Below the pieces are notes generated by a model. That model made no database searches. It was not told the origin of the DNA and saw only the letters and a program-made list of their open reading frames with translations. Below, piece after piece: positions 54,368 to 64,000 of a stretch of DNA of 64,000 nucleotides. This DNA is from Flavobacteriaceae bacterium. Its GTDB lineage: Bacteria; Bacteroidota; Bacteroidia; Flavobacteriales; Flavobacteriaceae. The stretch is from contig JAQWJJ010000014.1 of the NCBI GenBank assembly GCA_029248405.1, positions 49,661-113,660 on the forward strand. Direction: 5' to 3'. The number at the start of each line of letters is the position of its first letter. Position 1 is the stretch's first letter. Both the position numbers and the translations under genes were made by a program.

Positions 54368-57214
54368 TTAATTCATATATTCTTCTATCGGCGTGCAGGT
54401 ACAGATCAAATTACGGTCTCCATAGGCATCGTCTACTCTGCGCACGCTTGGCCAAAATTTATCAGCTCTCAAATAGTCCAGTGGATAAGCCGCCGTGGCT
54501 CTTGAGTAAGGAAGATCCCATTGATCACTAGTGACCATAGCCAAGGTATGTGGCGCATTTTTTAGCGGATTATTCGGTTGGTCTAGTTGCGCTTGATCGA
54601 TTTCTTTTCGAATGGATATCATGGCATCACAAAAACGATCCAGTTCTGCTTTGTTTTCACTTTCTGTAGGTTCAATCATGACTGTCCCGGCGACTGGAAA
54701 TGAAACTGTAGGCGCATGATAACCATAATCCATCAGTCGTTTCGCAATGTCAGTAACCTCAATACCATGATCCTTAAATGGTCTGCAATCGAGAATCATT
54801 TCATGTGCCGCGCGTCCTTGCTCTCCAGTGTATAGGGTTTCAAAGTGACCTTTTAGTCGTTCTTTCATGTAGTTGGCATTCAAAATGGCAAATTGTGTCG
54901 ATTTCTTCAAACCGCGTTCACCAAGCATGCAGATGTAGCCATATGAAATCAAACAAGCCAATGCACTGCCCCAAGGAGCCCCTGAAATGGCAGTAATCGC
55001 ATTTGCCCCACCTGTATTGATGACAGGATTCGAAGGCAGAAATGGGCGCAATTGTTCTGCAACACAAATTGGGCCAACTCCTGGACCACCGCCGCCATGC
55101 GGAATGGCGAATGTTTTGTGAAGGTTCAAGTGACAAACATCAGCTCCAATGGCCCCTGGATGTGTCAATGCAACTTGTGCATTCATATTTGCACCGTCCA
55201 TATAAACTTGTCCGCCACAGTCATGGATGATTCCGGTAATTTCTCTAATGGCACTTTCGTAGACCCCATGGGTTGATGGGTAAGTCACCATCAAGCAAGA
55301 CAATTGCTCTTTATAATGTAAAGCCTTTTGTCGCAAATCATCAACATCGATATTGCCATCTTCATTCGCTTTGGTCACCACTACTGTCATTCCTGCCATT
55401 ACTGCACTTGCAGGATTGGTGCCATGGGCCGATGATGGAATCAAGCAAATATTTCTATGGTGGTCCCCTCGAGAGGCATGATAAGCACGGATCACCATCA
55501 GCCCGGCATACTCCCCTTGTGCTCCAGAATTAGGCTGTAAGGATGTTGCGGCAAAACCTGTGATTTCAGTCAATTGATCTTCGAGCTTTTTGAGCATTAT
55601 TTGATAACCTTTCGCCTGATCTACAGGAACAAATGGGTGAAGGCCACTCCATTTGGGATCACTCAGTGGTAACATTTCCGAGGCCGCATTGAGTTTCATG
55701 GTGCACGAGCCCAGCGAAATCATCGAATGGTTAAGCGCCAAGTCTTTTTTCTCAAGTCGTTTGATATAGCGCATCAATTCTGTCTCGCTATGGTATTGAT
55801 GAAAAACGTCTTGCGTTAATACCGGACTTTGTTTGACATAGTCTTGAGGCAACTCTAGGTTGTGGTCTATGGAGTTTATAGGTTGGTGTGCAACGCCTGT
55901 CGCTTCTGCGAAAATCGCCAAAATACCATTGACCTCGTCAAGTGAAGTCGTTTCATTTAGCGATAAGTAAAGCGATTGATCCGAGGCGTAATGGAAGTTG
56001 GTTTTGTGCTTTAAGGCAATCGGTTCTACTACAGATCTTGAAATGTTTAGGGTCAAGGTGTCAAAAAACACACCGCTTTTGACCGAAACCTGATGCGCTT
56101 CAAGCGCTTTTTTGAGTGTTGCTGTGGTAGCGTGTACTTTTTTGGCAATATACCTTAAGCCTTCGGGGCCATGATAAACGGCGTACATGCCAGCCATGAC
56201 CGCCAGGAGCACCTGTGCGGTACAGATATTGGAGGTGGCCTTGTCACGCTTGATGTGTTGTTCTCTTGTTTGAAGAGCCATGCGCAACGCCCGTTGGCCG
56301 TCAGTGTCTTTTGTGACCCCAATGATGCGTCCGGGAATATGGCGTTTGAATTCGCTTTTTGTGGCAAAGAAACCAGCGTGGGGTCCACCGTATCCTAGGG
56401 GGATTCCAAATCGCTGTGAAGTACCTACAACAACATCCGCTCCGGCGTCACCTGGCGCTTTGAGCAGCACAAGACTGAGTAAGTCGGCTGCAACAGCTAC
56501 TTTGATGTCGTTGGTGTGCGCTTTAGAAATGAATTCATCCAAAGCCATTACTGTTCCATTTTTGCCGGGGTATTGAAGCAAGGCGCCGAAGAAATTTGAT
56601 CCAAAATCGAAGTCTTCTGCAGCACCCACAACGAGTTCGATTCCGATGGGTGTCGCTCTTGTTTGCAATAGCGAAAGCGTTTGTGGTAACACTTGATCAC
56701 TGACAAAGAAAGAAGCAACATTATTTTTTTTCTGATTTCTTTCACGGACGGCAAATAAAAGCGCCATGGCTTCTGCAGCTGCAGTAGATTCGTCCAACAA
56801 AGAAGCGTTGGCCAGCTCCATCGCTGTGAGTTCAGTGATCAGCGTTTGGTAATTGAGCAGCGCTTCAAGACGACCTTGAGCGATTTCAGCTTGGTAGGGC
56901 GTGTAGGCCGTATACCATCCTGGGTTTTCTAAAATATTGCGCTTGATTACTGAGGGGGTGCAACTGTCGTGATAGCCCAAACCGATATAGGTGCTGAAAA
57001 TCTCGTTATGGGTGCCAAGATCGTGAATATGATTAAGAAATTCATGTTCGCTCATTTCAGGATCAAGGTCAAGGTCTGCCTTAAGGCGAATATCCTTGGG
57101 AATGGTTTGATCGATCAACTCTTCTATCGAAGATGCACCAATAGTTTTGAGCATTGACGGCACATCCGAGTCGCGCGGTCCTATGTGTCTTGAGGCAAAA
57201 GAATCAGTATTCAT
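54368..57214 (-). CDS. gcvP: glycine dehydrogenase (aminomethyl-transferring), glycine cleavage P protein
   Basis: The start is trimmed to the ATG at 57214 (MNTDSFASRHIGP). The PLP-lysine region is NLHKTFAIPHGGGGPG. Full-length single-chain P protein. Confidence 0.95.
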   Translation of the reverse strand: MNTDSFASRHIGPRDSDVPSMLKTIGASSIEELIDQTIPKDIRLKADLDLDPEMSEHEFLNHIHDLGTHNEIFSTYIGLGYHDSCTPSVIKRNILENPGWYTAYTPYQAEIAQGRLEALLNYQTLITELTAMELANASLLDESTAAAEAMALLFAVRERNQKKNNVASFFVSDQVLPQTLSLLQTRATPIGIELVVGAAEDFDFGSNFFGALLQYPGKNGTVMALDEFISKAHTNDIKVAVAADLLSLVLLKAPGDAGADVVVGTSQRFGIPLGYGGPHAGFFATKSEFKRHIPGRIIGVTKDTDGQRALRMALQTREQHIKRDKATSNICTAQVLLAVMAGMYAVYHGPEGLRYIAKKVHATTATLKKALEAHQVSVKSGVFFDTLTLNISRSVVEPIALKHKTNFHYASDQSLYLSLNETTSLDEVNGILAIFAEATGVAHQPINSIDHNLELPQDYVKQSPVLTQDVFHQYHSETELMRYIKRLEKKDLALNHSMISLGSCTMKLNAASEMLPLSDPKWSGLHPFVPVDQAKGYQIMLKKLEDQLTEITGFAATSLQPNSGAQGEYAGLMVIRAYHASRGDHHRNICLIPSSAHGTNPASAVMAGMTVVVTKANEDGNIDVDDLRQKALHYKEQLSCLMVTYPSTHGVYESAIREITGIIHDCGGQVYMDGANMNAQVALTHPGAIGADVCHLNLHKTFAIPHGGGGPGVGPICVAEQLRPFLPSNPVINTGGANAITAISGAPWGSALACLISYGYICMLGERGLKKSTQFAILNANYMKERLKGHFETLYTGEQGRAAHEMILDCRPFKDHGIEVTDIAKRLMDYGYHAPTVSFPVAGTVMIEPTESENKAELDRFCDAMISIRKEIDQAQLDQPNNPLKNAPHTLAMVTSDQWDLPYSRATAAYPLDYLRADKFWPSVRRVDDAYGDRNLICTCTPIEEYMN

Positions 57215-57339
57215 AAAGCAACAAATATTTTTTGACAAAATTACAATAATAGCTGATTTTAATGCGGAATTACTGGATCAAAAACGAAGTATTTTTTAAC
57301 CAAAACCAACACTTACTAACAATTAGTTATATTTGATTT

Positions 57340-58149
57340 ATGCAGGTCTTTCGGGCAATTTTGAAGTATTATGTGATGGGCCATATTCATGTGTCTCTGG
57401 CGGTTGTAGCGCTTACCCTAGTGACCTTTAGAGAAATGAATCAAGCGGCCCCATATGTCTTGTTGGGCTTCGTTTTTTTTGGGACCCTTCTGGCGTATAA
57501 CACTATTAATTTTATTGGTGCACGTCAAGGCACGCCAATGGTCATCAGTGAATTTTTAATGGATAATGGCACGAGGCTTGTGCCTTGGGTAATGGGCTCA
57601 CTCTTCTTTTATGTTTTTTTACCGATCAACATCAAGCTTTTGGCGCTTGGATTTGGCGCGTTGAGCTTTGTTTACATAGTGCCTGTTCGGATTGCGGCAT
57701 TGAGGAACTATGCGGGCCTCAAATTATTTATTGTTGCTTTTGTTTGGGCGGGCATCACCGTCCTGTTGCCCCTCGAATATGAGGGCAATACTTCATTGGA
57801 TTCAATTTTGCAGTTAGCGATTCCAAGGTTTTTCTGGATTATTGTACTGACTTTGCCCTTTGACATTCGGGATATGAATCGTGACCTGCCCCATCTGAAA
57901 ACTTGGCCACAAACGTACGGGATCAACCGCACCAAAATAATGGGCACACTATTATTGCTTTTGGTCGGTTTATGGCATGCGTACTTTTGGGCGTGCTGCC
58001 CGGTCAGACCATGGGCTTTTTTGATCACAATAATGGTGACTCTGATGGGTTTGTGGGGTTCATCGCCGCAGCGCAATTGGTGGTATGCGGCATTTTGGAT
58101 CGAATGCATTCCTTTATTGTGGCTCGCCTTGGTAGAGTGGGGTCTTTAA
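57340..58149 (+). CDS. polytopic membrane protein, possibly UbiA-like prenyltransferase
   Basis: About 8 hydrophobic segments and one DxxDxxxD motif (FDIRDMNRD). I could not find the first Asp-rich motif of UbiA enzymes, so the call is weak. Confidence 0.45.
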   Translation: MQVFRAILKYYVMGHIHVSLAVVALTLVTFREMNQAAPYVLLGFVFFGTLLAYNTINFIGARQGTPMVISEFLMDNGTRLVPWVMGSLFFYVFLPINIKLLALGFGALSFVYIVPVRIAALRNYAGLKLFIVAFVWAGITVLLPLEYEGNTSLDSILQLAIPRFFWIIVLTLPFDIRDMNRDLPHLKTWPQTYGINRTKIMGTLLLLLVGLWHAYFWACCPVRPWAFLITIMVTLMGLWGSSPQRNWWYAAFWIECIPLLWLALVEWGL

Positions 58150-60167
58150 ACCAGTCCAGATCGTTTGAGTAAAGCATCAGGCGAGGGCTGTCGTCCTCTG
58201 AAGGCAACAAAAAGGTCCATAGGGTCTTGTGTACCACCCTGGCTCAGAATATTATTTTTAAATGCTTGCGCTGTAGCTTGATCAAAAATACCGCGTTCTT
58301 GAAACAGGCCAAAAGCATCTGCATCAAGGACCTCTGCCCATTTATAACTGTAGTAGCCTGCAGCATATCCACCTTGAAAAATATGAGAAAATGCAGTACT
58401 CATACAGGTGTCTTCACTGGGGTCAAATAGTTGTGTGGGTCTGAGTGCTTGTTTTTCGAATGCCTTAACAGAGGTTTTCTCGAGACCTGATTCATCGTGG
58501 TAGGCCATATCTAAGGAGGCAAACCCGATTTGCCTTAAGGTCTGCATGCCTTGTTGAAAGGTCATGATCTGTTTGATTTGGGTCAAATAATGCTCGGGTA
58601 AAGCAGCACCGGTTTGATAATGTTTGGCGAAAAGAGCAAGACTTTCATCTTGATAACACCAATTTTCCATGATTTGACTGGGCAGCTCGACGAAATCCCA
58701 CGAGACGTGTGTTCCGGAGAGACTGGGGTAGATGGTGTCGGCCAAAATACCGTGCAGGGCGTGCCCAAACTCATGAAAAAGCGTGGTAACTTCCTGGAAG
58801 CTCAACAAGGATGGCGTTGTCGCCGTAGGTGGGGTGAAATTGCACACAATAGAAATATGGGGCCGCTCGTTGGTGCCTTGATGGCAATATTGGTTTTTAT
58901 AACTCGTCATCCAAGCGCCGTCACGTTTGCTGGGGCGAGGGTGAAAATCTGTATACAAAATTGCTTTTAAGGTGCCATTGTGGTCCATTACTCGAAATGC
59001 TTTGACCTCTGGGTGGTAGACTTCGATGGAGGAGTCTTCTTGAAAGACCATTCCGTATAGTTTATTTGTGACCGCAAAAGCCCCCTCCAAAACTTGATGT
59101 AATGGAAAATAAGGCTTGACCGCTTCTTCGTCCCAATCAAATAACTTTTTTTTGAGTTGTTCTGAAAAGTAGGCCGTATCCCAAGGTTCGAGCTGGTCTA
59201 TACCTTCTTGTTCCAGAGCGAACGCCTTGAGTTCCTCGAGTTCTTTTTGAGCTGCAGGACCTGCTTTTTCCCCAAATTCTTCCAAAAATTGACGGACGGC
59301 TTGAGGAGATTTCGCCATGCGTTCTTCCAAGACAAAATGGGCATGACTCTTGTATCCAAGTAAAAGGGCGCGCTCCTTTCTTAGGCGGACAATGCGTTTG
59401 ATGATATCTTCATTGTTCTGGTCGTTGTTTAAAAAACCCCGCGAGCCAAATGCTTGCCAAAGGGTTTTTCTGTGGGCGCGATTTTTGGCATATTTCATAA
59501 AGGGCATGTAACTGGGAAAATCCAGTCCAATCACGAATCCTTCTTTGCCTTTTGCTTTAGCTTTTTCTTGAGCACTCTCAATGTAAGCGGTTGTCAAACC
59601 ATTGAGGTCCTCGCGTTGGTGAAGATGCAGGTAATAGGCGTTGGTATCTGCCAATACATTATTGCCGAAGGTCAAAGTGGTTTGCGCTAAAGTCTGATCG
59701 ATAGACCTGAGTGTTGCTTTATCTTTTGGGTTGAGTTGTGCGCCATTGCGCAGAAATGCTCTGTACTGCTGGTCAAGCAATCTTTTTTGTTCCGGTAATA
59801 AACTGATTTGGTCTCTTTGCTGGTGAATGGTGGCGATGCGCGCATAGAGCTCTTGATTGAGCAAGACATCATTACTGAACGCCGACAATAAAGGAGATAT
59901 CGTTTGGGCGAGCGCTTGGAGTTGCTCATTCGTGTTTGCGCTCAGTAAATTAAAAAATAGCAAACTGGCCCGCTCAAGTTCTTGTGCACTATACTCTAAG
60001 GCCCCCAATGTATTGTCAAATGTTGGCGGTGTTTTTTGTGTCGCGATTTGATGCAGAGCGAATTTGGCCTTGCCAATGAGGTGCTCAAAAGCGGGTAGAT
60101 AGTGGTTCTGATTGATTTGCGAAAATGGAACGCAATCAAAGGGCTGAATCAGGGGGTTATCTGTCAT
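58146..60167 (-). CDS. dcp: M3-family peptidyl-dipeptidase / oligopeptidase (Dcp-like)
   Basis: Zinc motif HEFGHALH and full-length M3 similarity (673 aa). Confidence 0.9.
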   Translation of the reverse strand: MTDNPLIQPFDCVPFSQINQNHYLPAFEHLIGKAKFALHQIATQKTPPTFDNTLGALEYSAQELERASLLFFNLLSANTNEQLQALAQTISPLLSAFSNDVLLNQELYARIATIHQQRDQISLLPEQKRLLDQQYRAFLRNGAQLNPKDKATLRSIDQTLAQTTLTFGNNVLADTNAYYLHLHQREDLNGLTTAYIESAQEKAKAKGKEGFVIGLDFPSYMPFMKYAKNRAHRKTLWQAFGSRGFLNNDQNNEDIIKRIVRLRKERALLLGYKSHAHFVLEERMAKSPQAVRQFLEEFGEKAGPAAQKELEELKAFALEQEGIDQLEPWDTAYFSEQLKKKLFDWDEEAVKPYFPLHQVLEGAFAVTNKLYGMVFQEDSSIEVYHPEVKAFRVMDHNGTLKAILYTDFHPRPSKRDGAWMTSYKNQYCHQGTNERPHISIVCNFTPPTATTPSLLSFQEVTTLFHEFGHALHGILADTIYPSLSGTHVSWDFVELPSQIMENWCYQDESLALFAKHYQTGAALPEHYLTQIKQIMTFQQGMQTLRQIGFASLDMAYHDESGLEKTSVKAFEKQALRPTQLFDPSEDTCMSTAFSHIFQGGYAAGYYSYKWAEVLDADAFGLFQERGIFDQATAQAFKNNILSQGGTQDPMDLFVAFRGRQPSPDALLKRSGLV

Positions 60168-60649
60168 TTTTTGAGTGATTGAGCACCCTGCTCGACTTTT
60201 AACTTAAGGCCTTCCTTATAGGCTAAAATTTTATCAAGAACACATTGATCGGAGCTCCCAATAATTTGCGCGGCTAATATACCTGCGTTTTGCGCGCCAT
60301 TCAGGGCTACAGTTGCCACTGGAACCCCACCAGGCATCTGCAGAATTGAGAGGATACTGTCCCATCCATCGATCGAATTTCTTGATTTTACTGGAACACC
60401 AATGACAGGCAATGGAGAAAGCGAGGCGACCATTCCTGGCAGGTGCGCCGCTCCACCGGCCCCCGCGATGATGACGGAAATTCCTCGGTTATGTGCGTTT
60501 GACGCATAGTCAAACAATTTTTCTGGCGTACGATGAGCGGAAACGACATCCAATTCAATTTCTATATCGAAGCCTTTCAAAATGTCTACGGCCTCTTGCA
60601 TGACGCTGAGGTCACTTGTACTGCCCATAATGATTCCTACTTTTCCCAT
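60164..60649 (-). CDS. purE: 5-(carboxyamino)imidazole ribonucleotide mutase
   Basis: The start is trimmed to the ATG at 60649 (MGKVGIIMGSTSDL). Also contains VVSAHRTP and AGGAAHLPG. Confidence 0.9.
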   Translation of the reverse strand: MGKVGIIMGSTSDLSVMQEAVDILKGFDIEIELDVVSAHRTPEKLFDYASNAHNRGISVIIAGAGGAAHLPGMVASLSPLPVIGVPVKSRNSIDGWDSILSILQMPGGVPVATVALNGAQNAGILAAQIIGSSDQCVLDKILAYKEGLKLKVEQGAQSLKK

Positions 60650-60656
60650 ATTATCT

Positions 60657-61814
60657 TTATTTGCTGATGACCTGAATTGTTTTTTTAACTGTTTCCGCGA
60701 CACGCCGAGCTTCATCTATGTCGGGATCGACGATGGTCACATGGCCCATTTTCCTGAAGGGTCTTGTGGTCGATTTTCCATAAATATGAGGGGTGACACC
60801 TGGCATGGCCAAAATCGCTTCCATGTTCTTATAGACCACATGGCCTTGATGTCCTTCACTGCCCACCAAATTGACCATGACGCCACCAACTTTGCTATTG
60901 GTATTGCCTAGAGGCAAATCCATAATGGCCCTTAAATGCATTTCAAATTGATTGGTGTTGCTGGCTTCAATACTGTAGTGCCCGCTGTTATGTGGTCTTG
61001 GTGCGACTTCATTGACCAAGATGTCGTTCTCGGGGGTGACAAAAAGTTCAACTGCCAGAAGGCCAACATGATCTAAAGCAGCAGTCACAGTTTGTGCTAT
61101 ATTTTGCGCTTTAAGTGCCAATTCCTGGCTGATCCTTGCCGGACAAATCACATACTCTACCTGGTTGGCTTCTGGATGAAATTCCATTTCGACAACAGGA
61201 TAAGAGGCTACAGCGCCACTTGGACTTCGTGCAACAATGACCGCTAATTCCATGCTGAAGGGCACGAGGTCTTCCATAAGGCATGGTCCTTCGGGCAGTC
61301 CTTCTAGGTCTGCGTCGTTGCGGATCACTTTAACACCATTGCCGTCGTAGCCACCCATAGTAGATTTCCAAACGCGAGGAAAGCGCACGCCTCCATTGCC
61401 ATAGGCACTTAAAAGAGCTGATTTTGAGTCGTAAAGGTCAAAATATGATGTTGGAATTTGGTGGTTTTTGTAAAATGTTTTCTGAAGGCCTTTGTCTTGA
61501 ATACAACGCAAGGTCTGTGCTTTAGGGTAGGTGGTGACCCCCATTTTTTCTAATGTCTCTAGGGCATCTGTATTGACTCCTTCAATCTCAATAGTCACCA
61601 TGTCAAGATCTTTCCCGAAATTCACGACTGTATCGTAATCCATTAATGATCCTTGAGTGAATAAATGACAGCCAAAGCGGCTTGGTGCTTCACTGCTTGG
61701 GTCGAGGACATGTGTTTTGATGTCCCATTTTTGGGTTTCTGACAAAAGCATTTTGCCCAGTTGGCCCCCGCCCAAAATGCCTAGTGTAAAATCAGATGAA
61801 AAATATTGTGACAT
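60657..61814 (-). CDS. purK: 5-(carboxyamino)imidazole ribonucleotide synthase
   Basis: The track start is a TTG; the ATG at 61814 gives MSQYFSSDFTLGILGGGQLGKM. It has an ATP-grasp core and NEVAPRPHNSGH. Confidence 0.9.
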   Translation of the reverse strand: MSQYFSSDFTLGILGGGQLGKMLLSETQKWDIKTHVLDPSSEAPSRFGCHLFTQGSLMDYDTVVNFGKDLDMVTIEIEGVNTDALETLEKMGVTTYPKAQTLRCIQDKGLQKTFYKNHQIPTSYFDLYDSKSALLSAYGNGGVRFPRVWKSTMGGYDGNGVKVIRNDADLEGLPEGPCLMEDLVPFSMELAVIVARSPSGAVASYPVVEMEFHPEANQVEYVICPARISQELALKAQNIAQTVTAALDHVGLLAVELFVTPENDILVNEVAPRPHNSGHYSIEASNTNQFEMHLRAIMDLPLGNTNSKVGGVMVNLVGSEGHQGHVVYKNMEAILAMPGVTPHIYGKSTTRPFRKMGHVTIVDPDIDEARRVAETVKKTIQVISK

Positions 61815-61986
61815 GCTGCAAAGGTACAATCTTTGTCGAAATGGTCAGTGAGAAAAATTGCCGGTAGACTTTTTTATTGATTCGTTCTTGAGAGATCAAA
61901 AGTTATTATATCACGAGCCTTTTAGGTATCTTTGCACCGCTAGTGCCCAAGGCACATCAAAACCAGACCAAAAAAACATAAGGCAA

Positions 61987-62559
61987 ATGAAAAATATTGT
62001 GCTATTTGGCCCTCCAGGAGCAGGGAAGGGGACTCAAGCTAATCTTTTAAAAGATCGTTTTAACTTGGTGCACATCAGCACAGGCGATGTCTTTCGCAAG
62101 AATATCAAAGAAGGAACAGAACTAGGGACTTTAGCGCAATCTTATATGAGTCAAGGTCATTTAGTTCCTGACGATGTGACCATCAAGATGCTTGAATCTG
62201 AAGTGGCCCTCAACCCACAAGCCGAAGGCTTTATTTTTGATGGGTTTCCACGTACTGAAGCGCAAGCTAAGGCTTTGGAGACTTTCATGACACAAATGGG
62301 CTCTCAAATTAATGCCATGGTGGCGCTGGAAGTTGCGGATGCGATCTTGGTAGAACGACTTTTGGAACGTGGTAAAGCGAGTGGCAGGGCAGATGATGCG
62401 AACGAGGTAGTGATCAAAGAACGAATTGCAGAATATTATCGCAAGACAGATATTTTAAAGGGTCATTATCAATCTCAAAACAAATATCATGGAGTAGATG
62501 GTGTGGGCGGTATCCAAGACATTACTGGTCGACTGATCTCGGTATTTGAGCTATTGTAA
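61987..62559 (+). CDS. adk: adenylate kinase (short-lid type)
   Basis: The start is trimmed to the ATG at 61987 (MKNIVLFGPPGAGKGTQ). Also contains FDGFPRT. Confidence 0.9.
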   Translation: MKNIVLFGPPGAGKGTQANLLKDRFNLVHISTGDVFRKNIKEGTELGTLAQSYMSQGHLVPDDVTIKMLESEVALNPQAEGFIFDGFPRTEAQAKALETFMTQMGSQINAMVALEVADAILVERLLERGKASGRADDANEVVIKERIAEYYRKTDILKGHYQSQNKYHGVDGVGGIQDITGRLISVFELL

Positions 62560-62568
62560 AATTAATCT

Positions 62569-63576
62569 ATGACAGAAGGAAATTTTGTTGATTATGTAAA
62601 AGTACATGTTACCTCAGGCAAAGGAGGACAAGGGAGTGCGCACCTGCGTCGGGAAAAATATATCCCGAAAGGCGGACCTGACGGAGGTGATGGAGGCCGA
62701 GGAGGGCATGTCATTGTGCGTGCCAACAAAAATATGTGGACACTTTTTCATTTGAAATTCAAAAGGCACTTTACAGCCGGTCACGGAGGATCTGGAGGGA
62801 AGCAAACCAGTACAGGTGCAGATGGCGAGGATGTGATCATCGATGTGCCTTTAGGAACAGTAATAAAGAATACCGAGACCGGAGAGGTTTTGATCGAAAT
62901 TACAGCAGATGAAACTTCATATATTGTAGCGCGAGGTGGAAAAGGGGGATTGGGTAATGCCCATTTCAAGTCGTCTACAAACCAAACCCCGCGATACGCT
63001 CAGACCGGTATGTTGGGCGAGGAGTCGAACATTACTCTAGAAATGAAGTTGTTGGCGGATGTTGGCCTGGTGGGATTCCCCAATGCCGGAAAATCGACAC
63101 TCTTATCTGTTTTGTCTGCAGCAAAACCGAAAATAGCCGACTATCCTTTTACTACCTTAAAGCCTAACCTTGGTATTGTCGGTTATCGAGATTATCAGTC
63201 CTTTGTCATGGCTGATATTCCAGGGATAATTGAAGGCGCAGCCGAAGGGAAGGGTCTGGGACATTATTTTCTGCGCCATATAGAACGCAATTCAACTTTA
63301 TTATTCCTGATACCGGCTGATGCCGATGATATTAAGGAGCAATATGACATTCTTGTGGATGAATTACGTCGTTACAATCCAGAATTATTGGACAAACAAA
63401 GACTCATCGCTATATCAAAATGTGATCTCCTTGATGAAGAATTGACTGTGGAAATGAAAGCTATTTTAGATGTCGATTTCGCTGGCTTGCCTTATCTCTT
63501 TATCTCGTCCGTAGCGCAATTAGGATTGAATCCTCTTAAAGACGCCCTCTGGACCATGCTCAATGAGGAATTATAA
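62569..63576 (+). CDS. obgE: GTPase ObgE/CgtA
   Basis: The Obg fold is glycine-rich ([27 protein letters not shown]). G1 is GFPNAGKST and G3 is DIPG. Confidence 0.95.
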   Translation: MTEGNFVDYVKVHVTSGKGGQGSAHLRREKYIPKGGPDGGDGGRGGHVIVRANKNMWTLFHLKFKRHFTAGHGGSGGKQTSTGADGEDVIIDVPLGTVIKNTETGEVLIEITADETSYIVARGGKGGLGNAHFKSSTNQTPRYAQTGMLGEESNITLEMKLLADVGLVGFPNAGKSTLLSVLSAAKPKIADYPFTTLKPNLGIVGYRDYQSFVMADIPGIIEGAAEGKGLGHYFLRHIERNSTLLFLIPADADDIKEQYDILVDELRRYNPELLDKQRLIAISKCDLLDEELTVEMKAILDVDFAGLPYLFISSVAQLGLNPLKDALWTMLNEEL

Positions 63577-63629
63577 CACCACTCAGTTTTAGGGAGTTAA
63601 CTTTTTGTTATCTTGTAACAAAAAAAGTT

Positions 63630-64000
63630 ATGAAACGTCTGTTTATTCTGTACGCTCTAATATGGGCTGCCGGGGCTTTCTCTCAGTGCCCAAGCGTAAC
63701 TCTAGTCCTTGATACCCAGGAAGCGATTGACGATTTTTCTTTGAATTATCCCAATTGTACGAACTTCCAAGAAACATTGATCATAGAAGAGTCTATGGGG
63801 CTTATCGAAAATCTTGCCGGTCTGGCACCACTGACTTACATTAGAGAATTCAAAGTCCGCGCGACGCACATTGTCAACTTTGAGGGGCTCGAAGATCTGG
63901 AGACGATAGAATATCTTGAAGTCATTAACAATTCTGACTTGATTAATTTTGCTGGTCTTGAATCTGTTAGTCGTGTTGATATCTTGATTGTATCTTATAA
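63630..64000 (+). CDS. secreted leucine-rich-repeat-like protein, N-terminal part (runs off right window edge)
   Basis: My translation is MKRLFILYALIWAAGAFSQCPSVTLVLDTQEAIDDFSLNYPNCTNF...LINFAGLESVSRVDILIVSY. It shows the periodic L..L..F.GLE..E.I..L motif and no stop before the window end. Confidence 0.55.
   Translation, partial: MKRLFILYALIWAAGAFSQCPSVTLVLDTQEAIDDFSLNYPNCTNFQETLIIEESMGLIENLAGLAPLTYIREFKVRATHIVNFEGLEDLETIEYLEVINNSDLINFAGLESVSRVDILIVSY

Noticed and set aside
57215-57339. Possible glycine riboswitch upstream of gcvP
   Set aside because: The minus-strand leader is AT-rich. It lacks the conserved GGAGAG...CACCG and ACCGAAGGGGCAA-type cores I would expect, and it is too short for a tandem aptamer.
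1-64000. CRISPR arrays, transposases or IS elements, integrases, prophage genes, restriction-modification or other known defence genes, toxin-antitoxin pairs, rRNA
   Set aside because: I read through every ORF and every spacer over 60 nt. No repeat-spacer array, no recombinase, transposase or phage-like protein, and no rRNA-like sequence was seen. Nearly all genes are housekeeping or envelope genes.

Overview
This window looks like core chromosome from a Flavobacteriia-type Bacteroidota. Supporting evidence: a gldJ-porU-porV gliding/type IX secretion (T9SS) locus, two cargo proteins with T9SS C-terminal sorting domains, a GLPGLI-family gene, and TAnnTTTG-like promoter boxes. I support about 57 protein-coding genes, 4 of which are missing from the ORF track: two edge-truncated genes and two or three sub-60-aa genes. 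There are also two tRNA-Val genes and several rho-independent terminators. Most genes are housekeeping: hutU, lysS, lipB, rnhB, anmK, exbBD-tonB, folC, murF, pdhA/E2, gcvP, purEK, adk, obg, dcp. The ORF track uses alternative start codons, so I trimmed several N-termini to the first ATG that fits the conserved protein start. I saw no CRISPR array, transposase, integrase, phage genes, rRNA, recognisable defence or toxin-antitoxin genes, or riboswitch. Overall this is an ordinary region. The best candidate for something undescribed is a tightly packed operon of three divergent secreted paralogs (8516..11086) that I cannot assign to any family; it has a repeat-bearing divergent control region. 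Secondary candidates are a translationally coupled KASIII-methyltransferase-GT2 trio sitting next to alkaline phosphatase and MlaEF genes, an orphan hutU operon led by an unlisted Cys-rich mini-ORF, and a GLPGLI/outer-membrane-barrel pair. All family calls come from motif recognition by eye. No database search or composition statistics were run.
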